NCBI GenBank assembly: GCA_965242865.1
Contig: CBDETK010000013.1
Location: forward strand, 1,408,001 to 1,472,000
Direction of reading: 5' to 3'
Source of the DNA: Candidatus Latescibacterota bacterium
GTDB lineage: Bacteria; Latescibacterota; UBA2968; UBA8231
DNA: 64,000 nucleotides
The translations under genes and the position numbers were made by a program. Below are positions 1-9,858 of this stretch, one piece after another. Below the pieces are notes generated by a model. That model saw only the letters and a list, made by a program, of their open reading frames with translations, made no database searches and was not told where the DNA came from. The stretch's first letter is position 1, and the number at the start of each line of letters is the position of its first letter.

Positions 1-198
1 GCGCATCCATTCGGGGGGATAGCGCCTAAGCACGTCCTCGTTGGACCGCGCTAGGGCGGCTAGACGCTCTGCGAGCGCGGGGTCGGACGCCAACTGGCGG
101 TCCAAAGCCGCCAACTCAGCCTCCGTACCCTCGCGCAACAAGTAGCGTTCTAGCTGGTAGTCGCTGATGGGGCGCTCTTCTTGCTCTTGCTCGTTCAT
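1..198 (-). CDS. Partial (runs off the window) putative anti-sigma / ActD-like protein
   Basis: ATG at 198 overlaps the sigma factor stop (ATGA). Reads MNEQEQEERPISDYQLERYLLREGTEAELAALDRQLASDPALAERLAAL..., resembling anti-sigma N-termini. Confidence 0.6.
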   Translation of the reverse strand, partial: MNEQEQEERPISDYQLERYLLREGTEAELAALDRQLASDPALAERLAALARSNEDVLRRYPPEWMR

Positions 199-668
199 GC
201 TTTCTCCATCTCTTGCAGCGACGCTCTCAGGCCGAGCAATCGCTTGCGCACCCCGGACACGGACAGCCCCACTTCCCGCGCTACCTCGGCCAAAGTCATG
301 CCGTCAACGTAGTACAAGACGGCCATCGTGCGCGTTGACTCGCGCTGCTGGCCAAAGAGCTTGGCGAGCACGGCACGCGCCTCTATTCGGCCCTCGGCGT
401 CCTCCCAGCAGGCGATCTGCTCCAGCAGCGTTGAGTCGGCCGTGGTCTTGCGCCGCTGGGTGTCGCGGATGCGATTGAGGCAGAGGTTGGTGGCCATGCG
501 GTAGAGCAGGCTGGAGGGGGCGTCGGCCCGCAGGCGGTCGCGCCGCGTCAACAGCCGCACAAAGACATCCTGCGTGGCGTCGAGCGCTTGGTCTTCGTCG
601 CGCAATAGCTGCCGACAGCGACGCAGGACCATCGGTCCGTAGCGACGGTACAGTGTATCTACATCCAT
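195..668 (-). CDS. ECF-type RNA polymerase sigma-70 factor
   Basis: LYRRYGPMVLRRC...ALDATQDVF (region 2) and YYVDGMTLAEVAREVGLSVSGVRKRL (region 4 HTH). AGGA RBS before the ATG at 668. Confidence 0.9.
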   Translation of the reverse strand: MDVDTLYRRYGPMVLRRCRQLLRDEDQALDATQDVFVRLLTRRDRLRADAPSSLLYRMATNLCLNRIRDTQRRKTTADSTLLEQIACWEDAEGRIEARAVLAKLFGQQRESTRTMAVLYYVDGMTLAEVAREVGLSVSGVRKRLLGLRASLQEMEKA

Positions 669-781
669 GTAGTTCCTGGCGGTGTACTCCTTAAACACCT
701 ACGGCGGCGCAGGGTGTTACTTTTCCTCGCTCTGGGCCGGGTCGTCGATCGGCATAACAGGCTCCTGAAACTGGGCCAACC

Positions 782-2512
782 CTAGGCGGTAAAGAGCGCC
801 AAGACGGTCCAGCACAAAGCCGCCAAGCACGCCGCAAGCGTCGCCTGCGGGATTTGCGTCTTGACGTGGTCCATCAGGTCGCAGCCTGTACACATGGAAC
901 TCAGCACGGTGGTATCCGAAATCGGCGAGCACTGGTCGCCGTACACGCTGCCGTCCATGACCGCGGCAAAACACAGCGTCATAAACAGCTCGGGATGCGC
1001 CAAGCCGTTGGAGCCGGCCACCGCCCAAGCAAGCGGCATGGCCAATGGGAACGCCACCGCATACGTGCCCCAGCTCGTGCCGGTAGAAAAGGCGATGACC
1101 ATGGTGAGGAGCTGGAGCAGGACCGGCAGGAGGAAATACGGAATGGCCTCGCCGAGCAGTTCGACCAAAAAGATGCTGCCGCCCGCCTCCTTGCTGATGC
1201 CGCCGATGGTGATGGCTAGCAGCAAAATAACCGAGCCGAGCACCACTCCCTTAATGCCGTCGTGAAAGCCGGCGATGAGGTCTTTCAGCGCCATGCCCTT
1301 GGCCAAGGCCATGCCCGCGGCCAACAAAAGCGCGATGCCAAAGGCCCACTGCACATTGGGCGAGCCGCTCGTGATAAAGGTGCCGACCGCAATGGCGATG
1401 AGCGTGCCGAGCGGCAAGAAGAATTCGAGGACGTGCGGCGAGTACCCGGCCGGCACGTTGCTCCCTTGCAGCTCCTTGGCGCTCAAAGGGTCGGCAGAAG
1501 GCGAGTCGAGCTGGCCGGTCGTGCGGGCGCGCTGCATGGCCGCCTTGAGTTGCGACCCCAAAAAGAGGGGCCTTTCAATGCTGAGGAGGAACGTGCCCAA
1601 GACGGCAAAAATGGCGTAAAAACAAAAGGGCACGCTTTGGAAAAAGAAGGCAATGCGATCCGCTTCCGTGGCCAAAAAGCCCACGCCGGAGACGAAGATA
1701 AACGCCTGCACATAGCCGGGCCAAGCGTTGAACGCGAGCTGAGAGGCAATCGGCGAGGCCGTTGAATCGACCACGTAAGCCAACTCCTCGTGGCTGATTT
1801 TTTCGTTGTCGGCAATGGGTTTGACCGTGGTGCCGACCAAGACCGTGCTGACCGTCCCGCCTTGGAAAAAGACTACCCCGAGCATCCAAGCGACCAACTT
1901 GGCACTGCGGGGGCCGCGCACAAAGCGCTCGGTCATAAATTCGGCAAAGGCTTGAGCCGCGCCCGTGCGCGACCATATCCCCATCAGCCCGCCCAACAGC
2001 CACAAGTAGAGCAGCAGAATCCCGGCCGCGTTTTTGGTCGCCAAGGAGGGAATGAGCACCTCGCCGGTGAAGTCGTAGCGGCCCAACAGGAGCGCGCCGG
2101 AGATGATGCCGCCCAACAGGGAGGTGACCGGTTCTTTGGTCAGCCAACACAACAGCACGGCCACCAAGGCCGGCAGCAGCGACCAATAGCTCCAGTGGCG
2201 CTTGGCTACCAGTTTGTAGTAGCGGTCCGTCAGGGCCTTTTTGTCAAACTCTTTGACGAACTCTTCGCGGACCGACGGTGCAGTACCCGACCGATGTATT
2301 TTGGCCGGGTCGAGCTGGGCTTGCTCTAGGGGCACGGCCTCAAAATAGACGGGTTTTTCGCGGTAGATGTAGTACAGCTTGCCGTCGCTGTCCGCTTTCA
2401 CGTCTAACTCGGCCCTTTCGACCGTCCAAGTCGGCGTCACGTTGGCCCCGACGATCCAAGACGCGAGCATGGCGACGACAAAAATGGCAAAGTTGCGAAT
2501 GCCTCTGGGCAT
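782..2512 (-). CDS. Na+/H+ antiporter NhaC-family membrane protein
   Basis: Many TM helices; motifs ISHEELAYVVDSTASP, AFSTGTSWGT, GDQCSPISDTTVLSS, DHVKTQIP. Confidence 0.85.
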   Translation of the reverse strand: MPRGIRNFAIFVVAMLASWIVGANVTPTWTVERAELDVKADSDGKLYYIYREKPVYFEAVPLEQAQLDPAKIHRSGTAPSVREEFVKEFDKKALTDRYYKLVAKRHWSYWSLLPALVAVLLCWLTKEPVTSLLGGIISGALLLGRYDFTGEVLIPSLATKNAAGILLLYLWLLGGLMGIWSRTGAAQAFAEFMTERFVRGPRSAKLVAWMLGVVFFQGGTVSTVLVGTTVKPIADNEKISHEELAYVVDSTASPIASQLAFNAWPGYVQAFIFVSGVGFLATEADRIAFFFQSVPFCFYAIFAVLGTFLLSIERPLFLGSQLKAAMQRARTTGQLDSPSADPLSAKELQGSNVPAGYSPHVLEFFLPLGTLIAIAVGTFITSGSPNVQWAFGIALLLAAGMALAKGMALKDLIAGFHDGIKGVVLGSVILLLAITIGGISKEAGGSIFLVELLGEAIPYFLLPVLLQLLTMVIAFSTGTSWGTYAVAFPLAMPLAWAVAGSNGLAHPELFMTLCFAAVMDGSVYGDQCSPISDTTVLSSMCTGCDLMDHVKTQIPQATLAACLAALCWTVLALFTA

Positions 2513-2553
2513 GGGAGTCCTTTCGATTGAATGGAGTGAGGTGGGTTATCGGC

Positions 2554-4137
2554 TCATATTCCCGACGGTTCGCTCGGCCCTAGATCCGGGTCTTGGCCGC
2601 GGTGGAAATTGCGCCCCATCAGGTATTTTATATCCAGTTCCACATCGCGCACAAAAATCTCCGGCAGCGCTTGGGCGTCTCGCCGCACCAATTCGACGGC
2701 GAGCGCGTTGTTCCCCTTTTTCGGCCAGTGTTTGGCGTCCAGCCTAAACGCGTACCAATACCCCGAGCCCGTGCGATAGCGCGGGGCCGACATGCGGTAC
2801 AATTCGTTGATCTTGCGCAACAGGTGGGCGGGCAGCTCCCGGCCGTTGAGGTAGAATGTTAGCCGGTCGCGCTCGGTGTGGCCCATCACCCGCACCCGCA
2901 GCAACACCTCGTGGATTCGGCCCACCTTGGCCCAGTGCCGCAGATCGTCGCTGACCGACAGGGTGATGGACGCTCGGTGGCCCTTTTGCAACGGGGCCGG
3001 TAGCTGCATCGTCGTCCCCGGCTCGGTGGTGGGCTGGGGGAAGCGGCCGGTCGCGGTCGGCACGTAGTAGATTTTGTCGCGGGCGGCCATGACCTCTGGA
3101 TAGGGCAATTCCCGCAGCTTCTCGTAAAAGGAGGCCTGGTACGGCCAATTCCCGAACCAGTGCGCCAAGTACAGGCCATCGACGCCTTGCGCCCAAAAGT
3201 TGCAAGCGGCCCCGCGCACCATCTCGATGGTCGCCTCTCCTAGGCGGTCTGAATCCACGTGACTTTGCAAGGCCGCCAACACCCGGCAGTCCGTGCCTTT
3301 GGCCGCGGCCACCAAGGGCCGGAAATCAATGGTCGAATCGAGCAGCTCGGGGCCGGAAAACGCTTGGCCGATGAGCGCGTCGACCCGCCCTGCACGCAAC
3401 CACGCTGCCACGTCCATGCCCACGCCATAGCACCCCTCCATGCTGTGGGGAATGCGGATGGCCAATTCGCGGTGCTTCCCGCTTTGCTTGACCACGCGAT
3501 ACACCTCGCCCACCCACTCGGTCATAATCGCGCGGCCGGCCGCGACTTCGTCGGGGTGGAAGTAGTAGGGCTGGTAGTTCATCTGCAGCTCAAAGCCATC
3601 GACCGGATATTTTTCCAAGGTCTCGGCAATCAGGGCCAAGCGTTCGTCGCGGACTTCTTGGTGCTTAAAATCGAGACAGGTGCGGCCGGGAAAGTCGTCG
3701 GGGACGCCGGGTTGCGCCCCGATTTCGAGGTGGGCGTTGTCAAAGCGGAAGTTTGAGCAGCGCACATCCTCTGCCCGCGGCCCCCGGCCCTGCTGCACCA
3801 ACAGCGTCGGATAAATCAGCTTGCCGTACTGGTGGGCGCGGTCGCAAATCAGGCGCAGGGGATCGTGCCCCTTGCGGATTAGGTCGCGGGCATTTTGGTG
3901 GGCGCGGCGAAAAATCAAATGGGGCCACCGCTTCACATTGTGGCCCCACAGTTCTCCCACCTCGGTGTCGTGCAGCACGGTGCGACCGTCGCCGAGGCAA
4001 AACATGAGGGCCTCGACCGGCGTCCCCAGCAGCTCATCTACGCCCTGCTCGTATTCCTCTTTTTGGATCGGCGGCTCGTACATGTAAATCAGCGGGTGCC
4101 GGCCGTCGTGGTAAAACATGATCTTGGGCTTGGGCAT
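2554..4137 (-). CDS. Glycoside-hydrolase-like TIM-barrel protein (GHL10/DUF187-like)
   Basis: LDFKHQEVRD...YPVDGFEL segment typical of GHL10-like proteins, plus a C-terminal beta domain. Confidence 0.55.
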   Translation of the reverse strand: MPKPKIMFYHDGRHPLIYMYEPPIQKEEYEQGVDELLGTPVEALMFCLGDGRTVLHDTEVGELWGHNVKRWPHLIFRRAHQNARDLIRKGHDPLRLICDRAHQYGKLIYPTLLVQQGRGPRAEDVRCSNFRFDNAHLEIGAQPGVPDDFPGRTCLDFKHQEVRDERLALIAETLEKYPVDGFELQMNYQPYYFHPDEVAAGRAIMTEWVGEVYRVVKQSGKHRELAIRIPHSMEGCYGVGMDVAAWLRAGRVDALIGQAFSGPELLDSTIDFRPLVAAAKGTDCRVLAALQSHVDSDRLGEATIEMVRGAACNFWAQGVDGLYLAHWFGNWPYQASFYEKLRELPYPEVMAARDKIYYVPTATGRFPQPTTEPGTTMQLPAPLQKGHRASITLSVSDDLRHWAKVGRIHEVLLRVRVMGHTERDRLTFYLNGRELPAHLLRKINELYRMSAPRYRTGSGYWYAFRLDAKHWPKKGNNALAVELVRRDAQALPEIFVRDVELDIKYLMGRNFHRGQDPDLGPSEPSGI

Positions 4138-4149
4138 GGTCTCGCTCCG

Positions 4150-5253
4150 TTAGGTCCAGTGGCGCGAATCGGGCACGACCACCCAAGCCGATCCTTGGGC
4201 GATCGACTGTTGGCTGACGAGGCCGGGCAAAGTCATGTCCAGCGCGAAGTCGATGTCAATGGCCGGGGCCTTTTCGCCGCGAATGGCCGCGACAAAGTCC
4301 TGTACCTCCCAATAGTCGCCGCCGCCGTGTCCGGCCGCCAGGGCTTCGGCCGGCGGCTGTCGCCAGTAATCGGGCAAAAATTCCGCGAGGGCTGCCAAAG
4401 GCTCCCAGCGCGGCTGGGCGCTGCGCCGGCGCAGCCAGATTTTGGCCGCGCTCGCCGAGCCGTCGCCCGACTCGTACGCGCCATCGGTCCCTTGCAATGC
4501 GTAATGCGTCATCTGGTGCGGCCGATCCGAGAGCATATCGACCCGGATGTGAACCAGTCCGCCGCCCGAGAGCCGGCACATCATGGTCACTGAATCCTCC
4601 ATTTCGTACCAAGCGCCGCGCGGGTCGCGGTAGTGGTGCCCGGTGCCCACGGCGCAGACCGCCACCACCCGCTGCCCGGCAAACCACGTCAGCACCGGCC
4701 CTAAGCTGTGCGTGGCATAGGTACAGCCATTGACGCCCGTCTGCCAGCGCCGCCGCCAAGGCGTGGTCTCGTTGAGCTGCTTGAGTTCGTGGATATAAGC
4801 CCCTTCGGCGTAGTACAGCTCGCCGAAAAAGCCGCGCTCGACCAGCGCCCTCACCAGCGCGTTGGGCTGGGTGTACACGTAGTTCTCGGCCATCATATAG
4901 ACGGCTCGGCTGCGCCGCGCAGTGCGCGTCAAATCGCGGCATTCCTCCACGGACACCCCGGCCGTCACCTCGCTGAGCACGTGGATGTCGCGCTCTAAGG
5001 CCGCGATGGCCTGCGGCGCGTGCCACGGCATGGGCGTCCCCACGACGACCGCGTCCACCCCGCCAGCGTCCAGCATGTCGTCGGCATCTGTAAAAATTTG
5101 TTCGACGCCCAACTCAGCCGCGTAGCGCGCCACCGCTTCCGCCCGGAGGTCGCACAGCGCGGTAATCTCCGCGGCGGGATGGGCCAGCAGGGCCGGGACA
5201 AAGCCGCGGCCGCGGCCAGCGGCCCCTAGGATGCCAAAGCGTATTTTGTCCAT
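4150..5253 (-). CDS. Gfo/Idh/MocA family oxidoreductase
   Basis: Starts MDKIRFGILGAAGRG (Rossmann fold); DAVVVGTP, HVLSEV, YMMAENY, YATHSLGP, GHGGGD. Confidence 0.9.
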   Translation of the reverse strand: MDKIRFGILGAAGRGRGFVPALLAHPAAEITALCDLRAEAVARYAAELGVEQIFTDADDMLDAGGVDAVVVGTPMPWHAPQAIAALERDIHVLSEVTAGVSVEECRDLTRTARRSRAVYMMAENYVYTQPNALVRALVERGFFGELYYAEGAYIHELKQLNETTPWRRRWQTGVNGCTYATHSLGPVLTWFAGQRVVAVCAVGTGHHYRDPRGAWYEMEDSVTMMCRLSGGGLVHIRVDMLSDRPHQMTHYALQGTDGAYESGDGSASAAKIWLRRRSAQPRWEPLAALAEFLPDYWRQPPAEALAAGHGGGDYWEVQDFVAAIRGEKAPAIDIDFALDMTLPGLVSQQSIAQGSAWVVVPDSRHWT

Positions 5254-5334
5254 TTCCTTGCCGTTTGACAACCGGCCTGAGCGGCCGTACTGTTGGGGCC
5301 GTTTATCCAACCCATTTCCCACAGGAGGAACATC

Positions 5335-5769
5335 ATGGCTATCATACCTAATATCAGTTCGGACCTCGCAGGGCCGCTCGGAGCCATTCACCTGCCGCGC
5401 CTGTGGTCCAAGCTGCGCCTGAGCGCGGCCGGCGAGCTGCCGGCCGACTACCCAGAATGCGGCGCGGGCTTCGACCAGATGGTTCTCGACGGCCTCGGCA
5501 TCGACCGCGACGCGGCCGTGGCCTATGTCAAGGACAACAAGGCCAGCTATATCGAATTTGAAAACTGGGTCAAAGCCCAGCGCGGCGGCGCCATTCCCCA
5601 AAGCGAAATCGACGCTTCCAACGCCGCCATCCGCGGCTACAACCACGACGACGAAACCCGCGGCAGCATCCTCGACGCCGCTGGCCTCAGCGACGACGGC
5701 AGCATCCTCGACGCCGTCAACCTCAACAACCTCGACGACTGGACTGAGCTGCACAACGCCCTGAGCTAA
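5335..5769 (+). CDS. DUF5069-like conserved protein
   Basis: AGGAGG RBS. GPLGAIHLPRLWSKLRL...LPADY...GFDQMVLDGLGID...NLDDW. Confidence 0.7.
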   Translation: MAIIPNISSDLAGPLGAIHLPRLWSKLRLSAAGELPADYPECGAGFDQMVLDGLGIDRDAAVAYVKDNKASYIEFENWVKAQRGGAIPQSEIDASNAAIRGYNHDDETRGSILDAAGLSDDGSILDAVNLNNLDDWTELHNALS

Positions 5770-5792
5770 AAGGACGGGTCCCGCTCGTCTGC

Positions 5793-5834
5793 CGGCCCGC
5801 TTCCTCTCTTTGGAGGCGGGCCGCTTTGTTTGTT
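5793..5834 (+). terminator. Rho-independent terminator
   Basis: Stem CGGCCCGCTTCC / GGAGGCGGGCCG followed by CTTTGTTTGTT, just after the 5335-5769 gene. Confidence 0.6.
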
Positions 5835-5952
5835 GTCGCCCGCCTATTCATATCGCCTTTTGGCGGGGCTGTCAACGCCCTTGATAGCCTCCTACTAAAT
5901 TTGTACCTTGTGCCAATCACTCCTCGGCCCCTCGGTGAAAGCGAGTCTGAAG

Positions 5953-7083
5953 ATGAAATTCGACGTCGTCTCCCTAACCAAGGCAATAGTCGCCTATCCC
6001 TCGGAAAGCCAAACCAGCAACGTCGAAGTCACCCAACATCTAGCCGGGGTCTTGCGCCAGCTTGGTTTCCACCTAGAAGAGGTGCCCTACACGGATGCGG
6101 CGGGCGTGGCCAAGCTCTCCATCGTCGGCAAGCTGGGCCGCGGCGAGGGCGGGTTGGCCCTGATGAGCCACGACGACGTCGTTCCCGCCAATCCGGCCGA
6201 CGGCTGGCACCGCGATCCCTACGACCCCTACGAGGCCAACGGCCGGCTCTACGGCCGCGGCGCCTGCGACATGAAAGGCCCCCTTGCCGCTTCGATTTGC
6301 GCGGCCGCTCGCTTCAAGGCCGCGGATCTCACCGCCCCGCTCTACATCGTCGTCACGGCTGACGAGGAAGTCCACGCGGTCGGCGCCCAAAAAGTCACGG
6401 CGTACTCCGAGCTGTTTGCCGAGGCCAGCACCGGCTGCGGCATTATCTGCGAGCCGACCAGCCTCCGCGTCGTTCACGCCCACAAAGGCTCGCTCGCCAT
6501 CCAAGTCACCGCCAAGGGACGCCCCGCGCACACCAGCACCTTAAAGGGCATCAACGCCAACCTCAAAATGATTCCCTTTCTCGCGGAGATGAAACAATTC
6601 AACGAACAGGTGCTCAGCGCTCGCCGCTACCGCAACGAGGAGTTTGCCCCGCCGCATTCCGAGTGGTGCATTGGCATCAACGACCACAACCGCGCCACCA
6701 ACATCTCCCCCGCCCAGAGCATCTGCACCCTCAACTACCGCCCCATGCCCGGCATCAACGTCGAGGATTTGATCGACAAAACCCGCCAAAGCGCGCAAAA
6801 GCACGGCCTCGACTTCGAGCTCAAGCACCGCGGCGAGCCGCTTTACACCGCAGTGGACGCCCCGCTGGTCCGCACGGCACTCGAGCTAACGGGCCACGAC
6901 CAACCCACCACGGTCGCTTACGGCACCGACGGCATGGCTTTTGTCGAAAAGATGAAACAGATGATCGTCCTCGGCCCGGGCGACATTGCCCAAGCCCACA
7001 CCGCCAACGAATGGATCAGCCTCGACCAACTACACGCCAGCGTCGATCTCTACGCCCGCTTCATCGAGCATATCTGCGCTTAG
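5953..7083 (+). CDS. M20 family metallo-deacylase (ArgE/DapE-like)
   Basis: SHDDVV, LYGRGACDMKG, ADEE, CEPT, LGPGDIAQAHTANEW metal-binding motifs. Confidence 0.85.
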   Translation: MKFDVVSLTKAIVAYPSESQTSNVEVTQHLAGVLRQLGFHLEEVPYTDAAGVAKLSIVGKLGRGEGGLALMSHDDVVPANPADGWHRDPYDPYEANGRLYGRGACDMKGPLAASICAAARFKAADLTAPLYIVVTADEEVHAVGAQKVTAYSELFAEASTGCGIICEPTSLRVVHAHKGSLAIQVTAKGRPAHTSTLKGINANLKMIPFLAEMKQFNEQVLSARRYRNEEFAPPHSEWCIGINDHNRATNISPAQSICTLNYRPMPGINVEDLIDKTRQSAQKHGLDFELKHRGEPLYTAVDAPLVRTALELTGHDQPTTVAYGTDGMAFVEKMKQMIVLGPGDIAQAHTANEWISLDQLHASVDLYARFIEHICA

Positions 7084-7214
7084 GGAGCAAAACAGGGCAA
7101 AGCCCAACACTATGTTAGAAAAAAAAGAAAGAACCATATTATTATTGCATGTTTGGTAGTTGTTTTCTTGCTGAACCCAGCAGGCAACAAAAAAACTTGA
7201 CGCACAACACAGAT

Positions 7215-7262
7215 ACTCCCGCGAAAGAACGTCACCCCGTGCCCCGCAACAGCGGGAATCCA
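7215..7262. repeat. REP-like palindromic element (CTCCCGCGAAAG...GCGGGAATCCA)
   Basis: Complementary arms CCCGC/GCGGG with an internal CGTCACCCCGTG, at the edge of an AT-rich intergenic patch (7085-7210). Confidence 0.4.
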
Positions 7263-7288
7263 AGATCTTTATTTGCTAGCGATCGGCG

Positions 7289-7807
7289 ATGCGGCTCCTA
7301 GCGCTGTTGTGGGCCTTTGCGTTCAGCGCGAGCGCGGCGTCGGCTGGGGACTTGGCAGATGTCAACGCTGGGTTGCGGGCTTGGTTGCAGGCCATTGAAG
7401 GAGACGCGCCGTACTTGCTGGTGGACCGGGAAGCGGCCGAGTTGCGGCTGATGCACGGGAAGGCTCTGTTGCGGCGCGTACCGCTGTTGGCCGACTCCCT
7501 GGGGACGCGGCCGCCCGTGCAATTTTCGCTCGCGGCCCGGTTGCGGCGCTATCGGCCGAGCAGCCCGTGGCGCGGGTTGACGCCCAGCCCTTTCGACTGG
7601 GAACAGAACTTGGTCGTCGATGCCGCGGCCACCAGTGCGCTGTACTTTGCGCACGGCCTGCTAATCTACGCCAGCCCGGCTTGGCGTCGCCGCGGTGCTA
7701 GGGACCTGCAAATCGGGACCGCTGATTTGCGCGCGCTGTACAATGCCTGTCGCCCGGGAACCGCTCTCGTCGTCCTGCCCGCTGGCTGGAAGGAGGGGCC
7801 GCCGTGA
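7289..7807 (+). CDS. Secreted protein with degenerate L,D-transpeptidase (YkuD)-like fold
   Basis: Signal peptide. YLLVDREAAELRLMHG and DLRALYNACRPGTALVV resemble YkuD termini, but there is no HG...SHGC motif. Confidence 0.45.
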   Translation: MRLLALLWAFAFSASAASAGDLADVNAGLRAWLQAIEGDAPYLLVDREAAELRLMHGKALLRRVPLLADSLGTRPPVQFSLAARLRRYRPSSPWRGLTPSPFDWEQNLVVDAAATSALYFAHGLLIYASPAWRRRGARDLQIGTADLRALYNACRPGTALVVLPAGWKEGPP

Positions 7808-9063
7808 CCTTGCACTTTGGCGCGGCGGCCGCCGACATCACGCCGCCGGTGGGCATCGCAATGGGTGGATACTGGGGGCGGCGATCCGGGGCCACGCACA
7901 TCCGCGACCGCCTCAGGGCCAAGGCCCTCGTCTGCGGCCGAGGGGCAGCACGCGTCGCCCTCGTCGCGGTCGATTTGGTGGGGTTGGACGCGGAGGTTGT
8001 GCGGGCAATCCGCGCGCGGATCGGCTGCGCAACGGGCATTGAAGGCGCGGCGATCATGGTCTGCGCTTCCCACACCCACTCCGGCCCGCTGACCTTCCCC
8101 TTCCGCGGCATAAACCGCATCGACCGCCGCTACTTGGAGCAGGTTGTGGACGCCGTGGTCAAAGTCGTGGTAGCGGCCGCCAGCGACAGCCGACCGGGCC
8201 GCTTGTACTATGCGCGCCCCGAGGTGCAGCTAGGGCGCAACCGCCGGCCGCAGAGCGTCCGAGGCGAAGTCGTGCCCTACGCGCATGTATTGCGCTTTGC
8301 CGCCGAGCGCGGGACGGAGGCCACGATCTTTAGCTGTGCTTGCCATCCGGTGGTCTTGGGCCGCGACAACCACCAGATCAGCGGCGACTTCCCCGGGGAA
8401 GCGGCTCGCTGCATTGAGGCCGCGACCGGCGGGCTGGCTCTGTTTGTAAACGGGGCCTGCGGCGACGTCAATCCGCGGATCGCCAACGGCTCATTTGCCG
8501 ATGTGGAAAAATTGGGGCAGGAGTTGGGTCGGGCCGTGCTGGAGGGGCGGGCTGCGGCCGCGCCCGTGGATGCCTCGGCCTTGGGTTGGGCGCACGAGCG
8601 GTTGGACTTGCCGCTGAGGCCCCCGCCACCGCGCTGGCGCGCTGAGGCCGAGAAACTCAAATGGAACCTGCGGGCACGTCTAGCGCGGGGCGGCGAGGTC
8701 CCCAAGGCGCAACTCGAATGGGCGGCGGCGATGTGCAAATGGGTGCGGGCCGGGGCGAGCTGCGCTCGGGTCCAGCCCTTTGAGATACAGGCGTTGGCCT
8801 TTGGCGAGCTCGTGCTCTTGGGCGTGGAGGGCGAGCTTTTTGCGCGTTATCAACTCGATTTGGAGGCCGCGCATGGGCCAGCTGTCTTGTGCGGCTTTGC
8901 CAATGGCTGCATTGGCTATGTGCCCACGGCCGACGAGTACGCACGCGGCGGCTACGAGATTGACCAAGCCTACAAGTTCTATCCGAGTGTGCAGATGATC
9001 GCGCCGGCGAGCGAGGCCCTGATACGGCAGCGAGCCGCGGCGTTGATAGCCAAGGTGCGCTAG
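7804..9063 (+). CDS. Neutral/alkaline ceramidase-like protein
   Basis: ADITPPVGIAMGGY, ASHTHSGP, ACHP, ISGDFPG, NGACGDVNP, GYVPT...GGYE. Confidence 0.75.
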   Translation: MTLHFGAAAADITPPVGIAMGGYWGRRSGATHIRDRLRAKALVCGRGAARVALVAVDLVGLDAEVVRAIRARIGCATGIEGAAIMVCASHTHSGPLTFPFRGINRIDRRYLEQVVDAVVKVVVAAASDSRPGRLYYARPEVQLGRNRRPQSVRGEVVPYAHVLRFAAERGTEATIFSCACHPVVLGRDNHQISGDFPGEAARCIEAATGGLALFVNGACGDVNPRIANGSFADVEKLGQELGRAVLEGRAAAAPVDASALGWAHERLDLPLRPPPPRWRAEAEKLKWNLRARLARGGEVPKAQLEWAAAMCKWVRAGASCARVQPFEIQALAFGELVLLGVEGELFARYQLDLEAAHGPAVLCGFANGCIGYVPTADEYARGGYEIDQAYKFYPSVQMIAPASEALIRQRAAALIAKVR

Positions 9064-9167
9064 CGCATTGAGTCTTTGACAGGGTTATTTGGGGCGGCGA
9101 TTTTTGACGGGCCGGCCGCTCCCCGTTCAAGTGGGAGCGGCGAGAATTCGAGTGGAGGATTCATGCG

Positions 9168-9842
9168 ATGCGCGAGCTAGAGGTGCTCTACGATCAAGTG
9201 CCGGCGACGCGGTGCGCGGGCACGGGCGATTGCTGTGCGCTCACGGACGAGGAGTTCGACACGTACTACGCCACCATGTTCCCGCTCTACCGGGCCGAAT
9301 ACCTCTACATCGTCGCTTATGTGGAGCGGCACTTTTCCCCGCAGCGTCGCCGAGAATTGCTGAATTTTACCGAGGAGCGGCCCCGCCGCTGTCCCTTTCT
9401 CGGCGCGGACCATAGCTGTACCATCTATCCGGTGCGCCCGCTGATCTGCCGCACTTATGGGGCGATGAATCCGGTCTCAATCGCCCGCCAAGCCCGCGCG
9501 TATCAGGGTGCCTTGCCGTCGGCACCCATTCGCGCCTTTGTGCGGCGCGAGGCCGGCATGGTGTGTCCGCGGGTGGCGGTGCTGGAGCCGGAAAAAGTCG
9601 CTCAACACGCCCGCATGCTCATCGAGGGAACGTACGAGCGCGAATTGGCCCGACTCAGCACCGAGGTGGAGCTGGCGGGCGGGGTGCGTCAAGTGCTCTA
9701 CCAACGGCTCACCGGCCGGCAAGAGTGGCCGGTGCGCTGGTCTTGGGGGGGGTTTAATGCGGTGCGCTTTTCGCCGCTGGCATGGCTGCGCCGGCACTTT
9801 GCCGCGTATTGGAAAAAGGCCGAGCTCATCGACGGCAAGTGA
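9168..9842 (+). CDS. YkgJ-family cysteine-cluster (Fe-S/Zn) protein
   Basis: CxxxxxCC ... CPFL ... CTIYPVRPLICRTYG. Confidence 0.75.
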   Translation: MRELEVLYDQVPATRCAGTGDCCALTDEEFDTYYATMFPLYRAEYLYIVAYVERHFSPQRRRELLNFTEERPRRCPFLGADHSCTIYPVRPLICRTYGAMNPVSIARQARAYQGALPSAPIRAFVRREAGMVCPRVAVLEPEKVAQHARMLIEGTYERELARLSTEVELAGGVRQVLYQRLTGRQEWPVRWSWGGFNAVRFSPLAWLRRHFAAYWKKAELIDGK

Positions 9843-9858
9843 CGCGGAGGGAGAGGCG

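Noticed and set aside
5254-5754. Long N-terminal extension of the Gfo/Idh/MocA ORF
   Set aside because: It is the antisense shadow of the real plus-strand gene 5335-5769; the Rossmann motif starts at 5253.
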